From the NCBI GenBank assembly GCA_047603125.1, contig JBLKOU010000001.1, positions 8,171 through 72,170 on the forward strand: DNA of 64,000 bases, given 5' to 3'. This document shows positions 1 to 10,079 of the stretch, piece after piece. Under the pieces are notes generated by a model. The model did not search any database. It saw nothing but the letters and a program-made list of their open reading frames with translations, and was not told the DNA's origin. Within the stretch, counting starts at the first letter, position 1, and every line of letters begins with the position of its first letter. Both the position numbers and the translations under genes were made by a program. This DNA comes from Candidatus Woesearchaeota archaeon (GTDB taxonomy: Archaea > Nanobdellota > Nanobdellia > Woesearchaeales > DATGWN01).

Positions 1-1218
1 CAAGAAGAGGTTGGTGAAACAGAGCAGGAAACGGTTAGTGAACAACCTGTGCAAGAAGAACAAGAGTCGGTAGAACAACCTGTGCGAGAACAAGAACAGA
101 GAGAACAACCCGCTGAGAGTGAACCGGTAAGTCCTCCCGAACAAGAAACACTATCAACACCCCAACAAACAAGTCAAATAGAACAAGATAGCTCTGTTTT
201 TTCTTTACAAACGGCACAACTTTTTACTCGCTCTATTATAATTATTCCAATTTTAATTTTATTACAAATTGCAAGCTCTTTATTTAGCGCATCACTATAT
301 TCAGAAAAAATTCAGCAACGTTTGCTTATTTTAAAAACAATTCCGCTTGCATTTTTTTGGTTTGTTTTGGGTAAGGTGACTGTGTATGCAACTCCTGTAT
401 TACTTGCTATAATTGCAACGATGTGGTTTGGAGATGCATTATCCTGGATGGTTTTCGTCTCATTTTTCATTGTCAGTCTTGTATATTTTTCCTATGGATT
501 TTTGGTAGCTGGTCTGGCGCAAAGCCAAAAAGAAAGTTCGTTTTATAATGTTGCGGGGATATCCCTACTCACACTCATCATTTTAGTTCCAACATTTGTT
601 GCACCGTTTTCACAACTTGGAGATATTTCTCCATTTACGAGCATCGTTTCAACTGCAAACATACTCTCATTAATTCCATTTTTATTTCTTGCGTTTGTAT
701 TTTTGATTGTTGGGTCCATAGTGTGGTCCCAAGAGACAATTATAGAAACGACGTCTTTAGCAAAAAAATTTCAGCTGTATAAAAACACACTCACTCGTCC
801 ATGGGGTCCAGTTTTGTTTGGTCTACTCGTTGTGCCGCTAGTGTGGCTTGTGCAATTACTTGGTATTGGGATTGTACTTGCAACATCTGTTTCTTTTTTG
901 GCATTAGTATTTGTCGGTTCTATTTTAGAAGAGTTTGCTCGAAACGCAATATTAACGCAAAAAAAAGATGCATTTTTAGTGGCATTGGGTTTTACATTTG
1001 CTGAGAAGTTTGTTTTGTTACTTACTATTTCCACATATTTGCAGGGTTTTGAATTTCTTATTTTAGGCGGGGTAATTGTTCCATTTTTAGCGCATAGTTT
1101 TTATGGGCTCCTTTTTTTATTTTTCCATAAATATATTCAATCGTACGGGGCATCTTGTATGATTACAGGAATTATTCATGGGTTTGTAAACTTACTTATT
1201 TTAGGGGTGTTACTATGA
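1..1218 (+). CDS. CPBP-family (CAAX protease/Abi-like) intramembrane metalloprotease, 5'-partial, with acidic Q/E-rich N-terminal low-complexity region
   Basis: Frame 1 is open from nt 1 (no in-window start needed; ORF track start at 49 is GTG); multi-TM hydrophobic body; motifs EEFAR (EExxxR), FLAHSF and HGFVN (HxxxN) near C-terminus typical of CPBP glutamic-type proteases. Confidence 0.6.
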   Translation, partial: QEEVGETEQETVSEQPVQEEQESVEQPVREQEQREQPAESEPVSPPEQETLSTPQQTSQIEQDSSVFSLQTAQLFTRSIIIIPILILLQIASSLFSASLYSEKIQQRLLILKTIPLAFFWFVLGKVTVYATPVLLAIIATMWFGDALSWMVFVSFFIVSLVYFSYGFLVAGLAQSQKESSFYNVAGISLLTLIILVPTFVAPFSQLGDISPFTSIVSTANILSLIPFLFLAFVFLIVGSIVWSQETIIETTSLAKKFQLYKNTLTRPWGPVLFGLLVVPLVWLVQLLGIGIVLATSVSFLALVFVGSILEEFARNAILTQKKDAFLVALGFTFAEKFVLLLTISTYLQGFEFLILGGVIVPFLAHSFYGLLFLFFHKYIQSYGASCMITGIIHGFVNLLILGVLL

Positions 1219-2222
1219 TTATACAAAAATTATTTTCTGATATGATTCGAGAAAAAAATTTCGTCTTTTTACTCATACTCTTACTCATTGTTGTACTTGG
1301 AATTGCGGTTTTGATTTCCTTAGTTGAGTATGTACACCATCCTGAAATGCTTTTATCTACAAGCCCAACAATTGGCTTTGTGAATCATATTCCTGGACAA
1401 ATTCCTTTTTTTGTCAATCAAGAATTTTTTACAGATGAGCAAATGGCGCATGAACAATTTATGGGTGGTGGTATAGATGCCTATGTGACCTTTGATCAAT
1501 TAATGGATGGTACGTATAATGTGACCATTATAGTCGATCAAGATGATCCACGTTCACAAGCACATATTTCCCTTCTTCGATTTTATTTAGAAACCGCGGA
1601 GTATAGATTACAGACACAACTCACTGGAGAATTATGGCCGAATCAGCTTCGCACAAATTTAGATAGAACTCGGGGGAAAAGTATGACTTATGATTTAGTT
1701 GTTCTGTACATGATTCCTATTTTGTTGTTAGTTGTTTCTTTTTTATTAGGAAACTACCTTATCGATGTTATTAGTGACGAATTTGAAAAAAAGACATTTG
1801 CGATATTACAAACTGCCATTCCTCTACACACCCTGATTCGTGATCTTATTATTTTTGTTCAGCTCATACATATACCTGTGCTGCTTCTATTTATGGGAAT
1901 ACTCTATTTACAATTTTCTTTTCTACAACAGTTTTGGTTGGTGTTTTTGTTTGTCAGCATTCTGGGGACATTCTTTTTTCTGTATGCTTTATTTTGTATT
2001 TTTTATGCAAAGCAAAAAGAGTACGCGCAATTGTTTTATAATATTGGGATATTTGCACTCTTAGGGGCGAGTCCGTTTTTGAGCTTTTTCCCACTCTATT
2101 TAATTACGCAGCTTATAGTGGGTGAGTTTTTACTCTTGATAATTTTAGGATATCTACTATGTGTTGTTTTTGCATACTTTGGATTATTATCATACTTACA
2201 AAAAGAATACTACGTTTATTAG
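1215..2222 (+). CDS. multi-pass membrane protein (possibly ABC-2-type permease-like), hypothetical
   Basis: ATGA start/stop overlap with upstream gene at 1215-1218 (MIIQKLF...); N-terminal TM, ~150-aa soluble loop, then 5-6 TM helices. Confidence 0.45.
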   Translation: MIIQKLFSDMIREKNFVFLLILLLIVVLGIAVLISLVEYVHHPEMLLSTSPTIGFVNHIPGQIPFFVNQEFFTDEQMAHEQFMGGGIDAYVTFDQLMDGTYNVTIIVDQDDPRSQAHISLLRFYLETAEYRLQTQLTGELWPNQLRTNLDRTRGKSMTYDLVVLYMIPILLLVVSFLLGNYLIDVISDEFEKKTFAILQTAIPLHTLIRDLIIFVQLIHIPVLLLFMGILYLQFSFLQQFWLVFLFVSILGTFFFLYALFCIFYAKQKEYAQLFYNIGIFALLGASPFLSFFPLYLITQLIVGEFLLLIILGYLLCVVFAYFGLLSYLQKEYYVY

Positions 2223-2231
2223 TCTGTTAAC

Positions 2232-2372
2232 TTATGCAACTGCGCTTACGATTTGGATGAGTCCTACAATTATAAAATACCCACCAACTAAGAGTCGTAA
2301 CGCTTTTGGAAACGCAAGGATAATGAGTCCAAAAAGCAAAGTTAACATTCCGATAATGAGTCCGGTTGCCAT
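2232..2372 (-). CDS. small hydrophobic protein (46 aa, two predicted TM helices), not in ORF track
   Basis: Minus-strand ATG at 2372; translation MATGLIIGMLTLLFGLIILAFPKALRLLVGGYFIIVGLIQIVSAVA, stop at 2232; competes with a compositionally odd +strand 103-aa ORF. Confidence 0.25.
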   Translation of the reverse strand: MATGLIIGMLTLLFGLIILAFPKALRLLVGGYFIIVGLIQIVSAVA

Positions 2373-2481
2373 AGTAAACCTATATTTTTCTTATTTAAAA
2401 AGCTATTGCGCGCCAGTAAAAAGGTTTTGTATCCTTATTGAACCACAAAGTATAAAAATAGAGCATTTGTGACCCATAGCT

Positions 2482-3090
2482 ATGGAAAAACTCACACAAG
2501 AACAACTTCGCGAACATATTGAAGAGGGATATATTCATTTTAGCACAATTGTTGAAATAATGGGAAAACCTAAGGAACATATTGAGCAAACTGCGCAAAA
2601 AATTGTTGAAAAGCTCAATGAAGACTCGCGCTTTATGGTTTTACAAGCAGGCGTGTCAGAAGCTGAATTAGTTGAGGATTCCAAGACGATGTATTCTTTA
2701 TTTATTGACTTTGAAATGCTTGCTCAAGATATGTCACGCTTATATGACTTTATTTTTGCGTATATGCCTTCATCAGTAGAAATACTCGAGCCTCAAACGC
2801 TTACGTTTAATACGAGTCAGGCAACAGGGATCTTAAATGATATTAACAGTCGCATTCATGATATGGATATGGAAGTAAAAAAATTGCGCCAAGTGCAAAA
2901 GCATATGTCCCAATCTATTGAAGTATTAATTTCTAATGCTATTACACTTTCTCTTCGCATCGGAAATGCAACATTAGAGCAGATTAGTGGTGAGACGGGT
3001 GTGGAAAAAGAACAGCTCAAACCTTTTTTAGAACGACTTGAAAAAGCAAAAAAGATTAAAAGGGAAGAAGACACATATATGTTACAATGA
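2482..3090 (+). CDS. hypothetical protein translationally coupled to scpB (possible ScpA/kleisin-like partner)
   Basis: 202 aa, ATGA overlap with ScpB start at 3087; alpha-helical charged sequence; no recognisable catalytic motif. Confidence 0.4.
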   Translation: MEKLTQEQLREHIEEGYIHFSTIVEIMGKPKEHIEQTAQKIVEKLNEDSRFMVLQAGVSEAELVEDSKTMYSLFIDFEMLAQDMSRLYDFIFAYMPSSVEILEPQTLTFNTSQATGILNDINSRIHDMDMEVKKLRQVQKHMSQSIEVLISNAITLSLRIGNATLEQISGETGVEKEQLKPFLERLEKAKKIKREEDTYMLQ

Positions 3091-3851
3091 GCACCCAAGC
3101 AGCGGTCGAGGCAATATTATTTGCCGCAGGAACATATGTTTCTAAAGAGAGAATTTGTGAGTTAGCGCAGATTTCTTCAAAAGAATGTGAGAGCATCTTA
3201 CAAGAGTTACATGCAAAATATGAACCCCATGAAACATTTGATTTAGTTATGCTGGGTGATACGGTAAAATTAACGGTTAAAAAAGATTATTTGAGCGTTG
3301 TTGAAAAAATTGCACCGGATACGGAATTATCAAAGACAGTCATTGAGACACTTGCAATTTTAGCGTGGAAATCACCGATGCTTCAGTCCGAGCTTGTCAA
3401 AGTCAGAAGTACAAAGGCATATGAGCATATTGGTGAGCTTCGTCAAAAAGGTCTTGTTTCCAAAGAAAAATATGGTAATACATATATATTAAAATTAACA
3501 CCGAAATTTTTTGAGTATTTTGATATTCAAGGCCGCCAAGATATTGAGCAATTGTTTGAGAAGTATCAAAAAGAAAAAGAGCCGGTTCAAACTAAAGTAG
3601 AAGAGTATAGGGAAAAAGAACAAGAGCAGCCCGAGAAAATAGTAGAAGGTCCATCACTTGATCAAATTAAGGATGATGAGAGAAAAACGCAAAAAGAATT
3701 CTTGCATGATTTTGAAAAAAAATTATCGGATGTAACAGAAAAAACAACTAAAGTTGTTCAAGAACTTCGTCATTTACATGAAGAACAAAAACAAGATTTA
3801 GAGCACGAGCCACAAGACACCGATGAGCAAAAAGAAGATAAGCAAGTTTAG
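3087..3851 (+). CDS. scpB: segregation and condensation protein B (ScpB) with C-terminal acidic/charged tail
   Basis: N-terminal EAILFAAGTYVS...ICELAQ and tandem winged-helix pattern typical of ScpB; E/K/Q-rich tail. Confidence 0.7.
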   Translation: MSTQAAVEAILFAAGTYVSKERICELAQISSKECESILQELHAKYEPHETFDLVMLGDTVKLTVKKDYLSVVEKIAPDTELSKTVIETLAILAWKSPMLQSELVKVRSTKAYEHIGELRQKGLVSKEKYGNTYILKLTPKFFEYFDIQGRQDIEQLFEKYQKEKEPVQTKVEEYREKEQEQPEKIVEGPSLDQIKDDERKTQKEFLHDFEKKLSDVTEKTTKVVQELRHLHEEQKQDLEHEPQDTDEQKEDKQV

Positions 3852-3865
3852 TAATTTCTTTAGAT

Positions 3866-4003
3866 ATGATTGTCCTTGTTCGTTGTACACAGTGTAGGCA
3901 AACTCAAAATTATCAAGCGCAGCCGCCCATAAGAAAGCAGCGTAAGCGATGTGTGTATTGTGGCAAATCGTTTCTTATTCGTGGCGCTCTTGTAAGAATG
4001 TGA
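3866..4003 (+). CDS. small C4 zinc-ribbon protein (45 aa; RpoP/Rpb12- or L40e-like), not in ORF track
   Basis: ATG at 3866; MIVLVRCTQCRQTQNYQAQPPIRKQRKRCVYCGKSFLIRGALVRM; CxxC-x16-CxxCG pattern; overlaps 3' end of convergent Nudix gene by 29 nt. Confidence 0.4.
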   Translation: MIVLVRCTQCRQTQNYQAQPPIRKQRKRCVYCGKSFLIRGALVRM

Positions 4004-4523
4004 GATACTTGGTGATGAGGGGTTGGAGTTTGGGTTGCGCAAATGTTTTTGATTCGGTGAAACTTATTGCGCGCGCAAGTCTCGTATTAGGTAAAATCAG
4101 ATTTTTTCTTTCAGGCTTTGCAAATGCGCCAAAGTATTGTGTGGTTTTGTAAGAGGTTTCATCTGAAAAGTGCGCTTCTTCACGAACGGCGTCTTGAAAT
4201 GAGTTTAGAGAAAATTTTGTGGGGTTGTTTTCAATAAAGAATTCTTCGTGTGTTTCTCGTAATGCTGCTTCTAAGTCTGTTTCGGGAAAATTATTGCATA
4301 TTTTTATCCTGCCTGCGGGAAATATAAAGGAGTGTGCTTGGCCTGTTTTGGAAAACATCCAAAAATAAGGACTTCCTTCGAGTACAAGTGCGAGTCCTGC
4401 GCATTTTTCATAGACTATGCGCGTACCGTTTCTTGGTGCTCCAAGCATGTAAAAATCATCCGATTTGATCATAGGTGTGTATATGTTTTCTAACCTTAAA
4501 TAGCTAGTGAATTTCGTGTTCAA
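3975..4523 (-). CDS. NUDIX hydrolase
   Basis: Nudix box G-x5-E-x7-REthEE (GRIKICNNFPETDLEAALRETHEEF). Confidence 0.7.
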   Translation of the reverse strand: MNTKFTSYLRLENIYTPMIKSDDFYMLGAPRNGTRIVYEKCAGLALVLEGSPYFWMFSKTGQAHSFIFPAGRIKICNNFPETDLEAALRETHEEFFIENNPTKFSLNSFQDAVREEAHFSDETSYKTTQYFGAFAKPERKNLILPNTRLARAISFTESKTFAQPKLQPLITKYLTFLQERHE

Positions 4524-4603
4524 AAACGATAAGTATTTAAAGGCAAATGATTGTCAAATGAGTAGAAAAAACAAAATTTTCTCGACGAGAAAAGTGACTT
4601 ATC

Positions 4604-7051
4604 ATGACTGACGATCAAATTCCAAAACCTCCTGCTATAGTAGAGACATTAATCGATTCTGAGTTATCTACCTCTTTTCTCTCGTATGCAATGAGTGTTA
4701 TTGTCAGTCGTGCTTTACCTGATGTTCGCGATGGGCTCAAACCCGTTCATAGAAGGATTTTGTATGCGATGCAGGATTTGGGTTTAGCTTCTAATCGTTC
4801 TTATAGAAAATCTGCGCGTATTGTTGGAGAAGTACTTGGTAAATATCACCCCCATGGTGATAGTGCAGTTTATGATTCGATGGTACGGCTTGCACAGCCG
4901 TTTTCGCTACGATACCCGCTAGTTGACGGACAGGGTAACTTTGGGTCCATGGATGGGGATAGAGCTGCTGCAATGCGTTATACAGAAGCAAGAATGGCAA
5001 AGGCTGCAGAGGCTATTTTAGAAGATATTGATAAAAAAACAGTTTCGTATGTACCTAATTTTGATGATTCGCTTGAAGAACCGTCCGTCTTGCCAGGGAA
5101 ATTTCCCTATTTATTGGTCAATGGTTCGACGGGAATTGCAGTAGGGATGGCAACAAATCTTGCTCCTCATAATCTAAAAGAAATAACAGCTGCATTAATT
5201 GCACTCATTGATAATCCTGAATTAGAATACACTGATTTAATGAATTACGTTACGGGTCCTGATTTTCCAACGGGTGCGCTTATTTGTGGGCGTTCGGGAA
5301 TAGCACAAGCGTATAAAACGGGGCATGGGAAAGTGTATGTTCGTGCCAAAACACATCAAGAAGTTGTTCATGCGCGTCAGGCAATTATTGTTGATGAAAT
5401 TCCTTATCAAGTAAATAAAGCGATGCTTATTGAGCAAATTGCAAATCTTGTAAAAGATAAAGTAATTGAAGGTATCTTTGACATTCGAGATGAGAGTGAT
5501 CGAAACGGCGTTCGCATGGTCATCGAATTAAAAAAGGATGGTCAGCCGGATATTATTTTAAATCAATTGTTTAAGCATACGCGTTTACAAGTGACTTTTA
5601 GTATTGCAAATTTATGTTTGGTTGATTCTGTTCCGAAAATTCTCACACTTAAAGAATTATTACAGCATCATATTGCGCATCGATTTGATGTAGTAACAAA
5701 ACGTATTGAGTTTGATCTGAAAAAAGCAAAGGATCGTGCGCATATTTTAGAGGGTCTGAAAAAAGCAATTGATGCAATTGATTTAACAATTAAAATTATT
5801 CGTGGCTCATCTTCAGTTGAGCAAGCGCGTAATGGATTAATGGAAGCACTTGAAATTGATCACATTCAAGCGCAAGCAATTTTGGATATGCGTTTACAAA
5901 AATTAACAGGCTTAGAGCGTGAAAAACTCATTGATGAGTTTAATCAATTGCTCTTATACATTGCAAATTTAGAAGAAATTTTAGCAGTTGATCAGAAACG
6001 ATATGACATTATAAAAGAAGAATTACAAGAACTCTCTGATAAATTTGGCGATGAGCGACGCACACAAATTATTGATGGCGATATTGGTGTGGATGATGAA
6101 GATTTAATTGAAGACGAAGATGTTGTAGTCACAATCACAAAAGATGGATATATTAAACGCATTGGTCTTGATACATACAGAGCACAAAATCGCGGCGGTC
6201 GAGGTATTGTTGGAACAACAACAAAAGATGATGATATTGTTAATTCACTTTTTGTTACGCGATCAAAAGCATTTATTTTGTTTTTCACAAATACGGGAAG
6301 GGTTCATTGGAAAAAAGTTTATCAAATACCTGAAGGTTCACGCCAAGCAAAAGGCCGTGCCATTGTTAATTTGCTTGCACTTGAAAAAGATGAATTCATT
6401 ACAGCAAGTATTCCTGTTCAAGAGTTCACAGAGGGTTCCTACTTAGTCTTATGTACAAAAAAAGGAACAGTGAAAAAATCATCCTTGCAAAGTTATGCAA
6501 GACCCCGTGCAGGTGGAATTCGTGCAATTGTCCTAAATGAGGGTGATGAGTTGATTCGTGCAGTTATGACAAACGGTGAAGATCAATTGCTCATTGCAAC
6601 AAAAAATGGACTTGCGGTGAGATTTCATGAAAAAGATGCACGTGAACTTGGTCGCGTGAGTCAGGGTGTGCGCGGTATTCGATTGCAAGAAAATGATCAT
6701 GTTATTGATATGGTTGTAGCAGCAGAGGATAAAACGCTTTTAACAATCACAGAAAATGGATATGGGAAACGAACACCAATTCCTGAGTATAGGCTCATTG
6801 GTCGTGGTGGAAAGGGGGTTATTAATATTAACTGTTCGCAGCGTAATGGCCCGGTTGTTGCAATCAAAGTTGTTGATGATGAGACTGGTTTATTATTTAT
6901 TTCTCAAAAGGGTATTGTTATGAGAACAAGAGCGGATCAAATTTCGGTTATTGGTCGAAATACGCAGGGTGTACGCATTATGCGTCTTGATGAAGATGAT
7001 ATTGTCGTTGCGTGTGCAAGAATTGTTCTTGAAGAAGTTTCAACGGATTGA
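4604..7051 (+). CDS. gyrA: DNA gyrase subunit A
   Basis: 815 aa; N-terminal signature ...[29 protein letters not shown], catalytic Tyr region, C-terminal beta-pinwheel repeats. Confidence 0.95.
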   Translation: MTDDQIPKPPAIVETLIDSELSTSFLSYAMSVIVSRALPDVRDGLKPVHRRILYAMQDLGLASNRSYRKSARIVGEVLGKYHPHGDSAVYDSMVRLAQPFSLRYPLVDGQGNFGSMDGDRAAAMRYTEARMAKAAEAILEDIDKKTVSYVPNFDDSLEEPSVLPGKFPYLLVNGSTGIAVGMATNLAPHNLKEITAALIALIDNPELEYTDLMNYVTGPDFPTGALICGRSGIAQAYKTGHGKVYVRAKTHQEVVHARQAIIVDEIPYQVNKAMLIEQIANLVKDKVIEGIFDIRDESDRNGVRMVIELKKDGQPDIILNQLFKHTRLQVTFSIANLCLVDSVPKILTLKELLQHHIAHRFDVVTKRIEFDLKKAKDRAHILEGLKKAIDAIDLTIKIIRGSSSVEQARNGLMEALEIDHIQAQAILDMRLQKLTGLEREKLIDEFNQLLLYIANLEEILAVDQKRYDIIKEELQELSDKFGDERRTQIIDGDIGVDDEDLIEDEDVVVTITKDGYIKRIGLDTYRAQNRGGRGIVGTTTKDDDIVNSLFVTRSKAFILFFTNTGRVHWKKVYQIPEGSRQAKGRAIVNLLALEKDEFITASIPVQEFTEGSYLVLCTKKGTVKKSSLQSYARPRAGGIRAIVLNEGDELIRAVMTNGEDQLLIATKNGLAVRFHEKDARELGRVSQGVRGIRLQENDHVIDMVVAAEDKTLLTITENGYGKRTPIPEYRLIGRGGKGVININCSQRNGPVVAIKVVDDETGLLFISQKGIVMRTRADQISVIGRNTQGVRIMRLDEDDIVVACARIVLEEVSTD

Positions 7052-7624
7052 TTTATACATAACTTTTTTTTCAAACGGCCGTTTTTTGAAAAATTGTGAA
7101 AAGGAACGTGTGATTAAACTATCCCAATTATCTAAGAGTGTTTGTACTTCATCGACTTGAATTCCTGTTTTGATACTGATTTGTTCAGCGCTAAAATACT
7201 GTTTTGGGTGTGCATTCAAAAAATCAATGATAATATTGCTGCGTTTGGTGTCAATCCACAGGCCTTGATTGAGAAATTTTGTAATATTTTCTGTGAGTTT
7301 GTCATTTTTAGAAACACACAAAAGTGTGGGCTCAATAATTTTTTGCCTATTTCCTTCATAAATCATTGTTGTTTTAATGAGCTTTCCCATTTCTAATTTT
7401 TTGATGGAGTCATGAAGTGTTGACATTGAATGACCAATATGTTCTTTAATTGCGGGTGCTGTGGTTTTTTCATGTTTTGCAAGAAATTTAAGTATTTCTC
7501 GACAAATTGGTTGGGACCAGAGCTCGCGAATAGTTTGTTCATGTTTGAGGGTAATGTTTCGAGGTATAAAGTCAAGAATATGCTCACTTTTCGGGTCGTA
7601 GTATAAGATAACTTCTTGGGTCAT
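7040..7624 (-). CDS. winged-helix (ArsR/MarR-like) transcriptional regulator
   Basis: wHTH segment [44 protein letters not shown]. Confidence 0.5.
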   Translation of the reverse strand: MTQEVILYYDPKSEHILDFIPRNITLKHEQTIRELWSQPICREILKFLAKHEKTTAPAIKEHIGHSMSTLHDSIKKLEMGKLIKTTMIYEGNRQKIIEPTLLCVSKNDKLTENITKFLNQGLWIDTKRSNIIIDFLNAHPKQYFSAEQISIKTGIQVDEVQTLLDNWDSLITRSFSQFFKKRPFEKKVMYKSIR

Positions 7625-7717
7625 AGGATATTTATTAATTAGGGATTATATAAATTTTGTTAATCCGAATAAGTGAATAAGTAGGTCATTATAGGAGCAA
7701 ATTTGAGCTTTTTTCAA

Positions 7718-8596
7718 TTAAAATAAGAAACTGAGAAAAAAACCAACTATGCTTCCCGCACCAACAAAGGGAATTGCAGGATAAAATCGTCCTTTTGTGG
7801 AGATGGCGTATAAAATCATAAGGCTGATGGTTGCAAAAATTCCAATACTTATACCCGTAAATACCGAACCGGTGTATTTCATAGCTGCTCCTGCAAAAAC
7901 AAGCGGGATAAATAAATCTCCACCGCCAAGAACGGCACCATCAACTGTTTTTTTTGTATTGTTTTTGATAGGTTGTTGCTCTGTTTTGGAGGAAATTTTG
8001 TGTGCATGTCCAAATGAGAGTCCTGCAAATAATCGGTTTTTGAGCTGTGCTTTTGCCAGCGTGACCATGTGTTTTGATTTATTAACCATGTATATGTCGT
8101 ACATTGCCAGAAAAAAGATCAGGGCAAAAGCTGAATAAATATTGATAATGGGAACAAAAATAGCTGCAATCCCGGGATAAATAAATAATTCTGTTGCATT
8201 ATTAATTGTTTGATGTTTGTTCGTGATTTTGAGATAGGCAAATAAAATGGCAAGTGTGAATGGAACATAAATAACGGAGATAAATGCAGTAAATGGTGTG
8301 AATGAAAAATAGAGCGCGATAACAATACTCAAAAAAAACCATAATTTCCAGATGCGGATGAATTGATATTTGATGAGTGTGAATAGCAAGATGGTCCCTA
8401 ATATAATTGCAACAATGATGGTAAGAAAGGTAAACGTTTCATTTTCAACTTGTGGTGGGGCAACAACATAGGTGTCGTGAATAACAGTTTGCTGTTCAGT
8501 TGCACTGCTAGGAAAATCAATATAGTAGGAAAGGATAAAAATGCCGATAAGTTGTGTTACAAGAAAGAATAGTACGACTTTTTTCTGTGCATTCAT
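7718..8596 (-). CDS. GxGD-type intramembrane aspartyl protease, presenilin/signal-peptide-peptidase homologue
   Basis: ~9 TM helices, 292 aa; YD (LAMYDIYMV), GxGD (LGGGDLFIPL) and PAL-like (FYPAIPF) motifs in presenilin-like order and spacing. Confidence 0.5.
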   Translation of the reverse strand: MNAQKKVVLFFLVTQLIGIFILSYYIDFPSSATEQQTVIHDTYVVAPPQVENETFTFLTIIVAIILGTILLFTLIKYQFIRIWKLWFFLSIVIALYFSFTPFTAFISVIYVPFTLAILFAYLKITNKHQTINNATELFIYPGIAAIFVPIINIYSAFALIFFLAMYDIYMVNKSKHMVTLAKAQLKNRLFAGLSFGHAHKISSKTEQQPIKNNTKKTVDGAVLGGGDLFIPLVFAGAAMKYTGSVFTGISIGIFATISLMILYAISTKGRFYPAIPFVGAGSIVGFFLSFLF

Positions 8597-8645
8597 GGTG
8601 TTGATGAAGGTGTATAGGTTAAAAATGTTTTGGCAACATTAATAT

Positions 8646-9122
8646 ATGATAAGGGTGCTTCTTTTAGTTATGCAACCGCCATTTTTATATATACAATTTC
8701 GCATTATTAGTTTTCCAGGGGATTCAGTTGATCAGCTTCGCGCGTTATTACAGAGCCTTGTTCCTTTGGATTTCAAAAAAGAACAGTTACAAATAGAGGA
8801 GCAAGTATTTACTGATCAGTTTGATAATAAACGTTTCATTCTCACACTTTCTTTACAAAAAACCCGTCATATTCGTGCGTGTGCGAATGAGTTATTTCCA
8901 AGTCAGGTTCGAAATTCCATACTTGAAACTCTTGACTCTCGTATTGATGAAGGCTGTCATTTGTATATTCGATATAAAAAAGATGCACTTTTAGAAACAC
9001 GCTTTTTATTAACAGACGGTGGTAATTGTGTGCACCTGACTTTTGCAGTTGCGTCATATCCAAAAAAAAGAGATATTGCTTGTCAGGCGGTCGAAAAGTA
9101 TTTAAAAGCATTTGACGTATAG
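8646..9122 (+). CDS. hypothetical protein
   Basis: 158-aa ORF; likely start at internal M (MQPPFLY, ~8673); no recognised motifs. Confidence 0.35.
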   Translation: MIRVLLLVMQPPFLYIQFRIISFPGDSVDQLRALLQSLVPLDFKKEQLQIEEQVFTDQFDNKRFILTLSLQKTRHIRACANELFPSQVRNSILETLDSRIDEGCHLYIRYKKDALLETRFLLTDGGNCVHLTFAVASYPKKRDIACQAVEKYLKAFDV

Positions 9123-9128
9123 TGTACT

Positions 9129-9326
9129 ATGGCAAGAAGACCACTTTCGGACTCATTTTTATTAGTAGCAATTCTTGGAGCAATTATTAGTGGTTATTAT
9201 ACGGTTTATGGTGCAATTTCGCCACCCTGGGGCTTTACATTAGTGTTAATGTTTATTATTTTTATTATCGCATCAATTGTTTCTGTAACACCAACAGATG
9301 AGCAATGGATGCACGAATCTCAATAA
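9129..9326 (+). CDS. small membrane protein (2 TM)
   Basis: 65 aa, two hydrophobic helices. Confidence 0.3.
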   Translation: MARRPLSDSFLLVAILGAIISGYYTVYGAISPPWGFTLVLMFIIFIIASIVSVTPTDEQWMHESQ

Positions 9327-9341
9327 GAGGGGGTAAACACA

Positions 9342-9641
9342 ATGATGGATGAATCAATACATTTAGCGGGATTTACAAATGTGAAATCAACGCAAGTAGA
9401 CATATTACACAAGAAAATAGGCCACTATGCATCAGTATTTCGCTTAAAAGGTGGTACTTTTGAAGAGCTACGTTTGACCAGAAAAGATATAGGGCCAAGT
9501 GAGCATCCAATTCACGATGTTCAGGTCAATCTTGTTCGTGGTTCGCAAGTTCTTCATGCAAGTTCGCAGGACAGAACGGTAACAACGGCTGTTGAGCAAG
9601 CTTTGCGTTTGATTGAGGATCAAATTGCTAAAGCTCAATGA
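9342..9641 (+). CDS. hypothetical protein with strong Shine-Dalgarno
   Basis: GAGGGGG 8 nt upstream of ATG; 99 aa. Confidence 0.45.
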   Translation: MMDESIHLAGFTNVKSTQVDILHKKIGHYASVFRLKGGTFEELRLTRKDIGPSEHPIHDVQVNLVRGSQVLHASSQDRTVTTAVEQALRLIEDQIAKAQ

Positions 9642-9927
9642 GTTGCTTTGCATTCCCATGGTAGAAGAAGGTTTGAATTTGTTTATCGTGGGTGTTTTCT
9701 AACAATTTTTTTATTTTTTCTAATTGTCGTTTTGCTTTCTTTAGACGATAGCTGCATTTGACTTCATACACGCGGATTCTATGCTTGTCTACTTGTAAAA
9801 GGTCAATTTCTGCAATAATTCGTTTTCTTGTAGAAAAGAGCTGATGATTTCTAATGATTTGAGAATTGTTCGTATTAAGCTTTGCTATAAGCTCATCTAG
9901 GTACTGGTCGTGTTTTAGGATTTGCAC
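9628..9927 (-). CDS. hypothetical basic protein (possible PD-(D/E)xK-like small nuclease fold)
   Basis: 99 aa; IAEIDLL...VYEVKCS pattern; weak. Confidence 0.35.
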   Translation of the reverse strand: MQILKHDQYLDELIAKLNTNNSQIIRNHQLFSTRKRIIAEIDLLQVDKHRIRVYEVKCSYRLKKAKRQLEKIKKLLENTHDKQIQTFFYHGNAKQLIEL

Positions 9928-10079
9928 ACCTCAGTATATGCTCTTTGTAGGTTGAAGTATATAAATGCTGTGTTTTTTGGGTGTGGGTGTATCCTCGTTG
10001 TTCAAAACGATAATTTTGTTCATTCATGATAAATAATTTTTTAATGAGATATTGAAACAGAAATAAAAAAGAAAAAAAG

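Noticed and set aside
2161-2472. 103-aa plus-strand ORF bridging two genes
   Set aside because: It begins inside the preceding gene, has odd composition, and overlaps a more plausible minus-strand two-TM small ORF. Both are low confidence.
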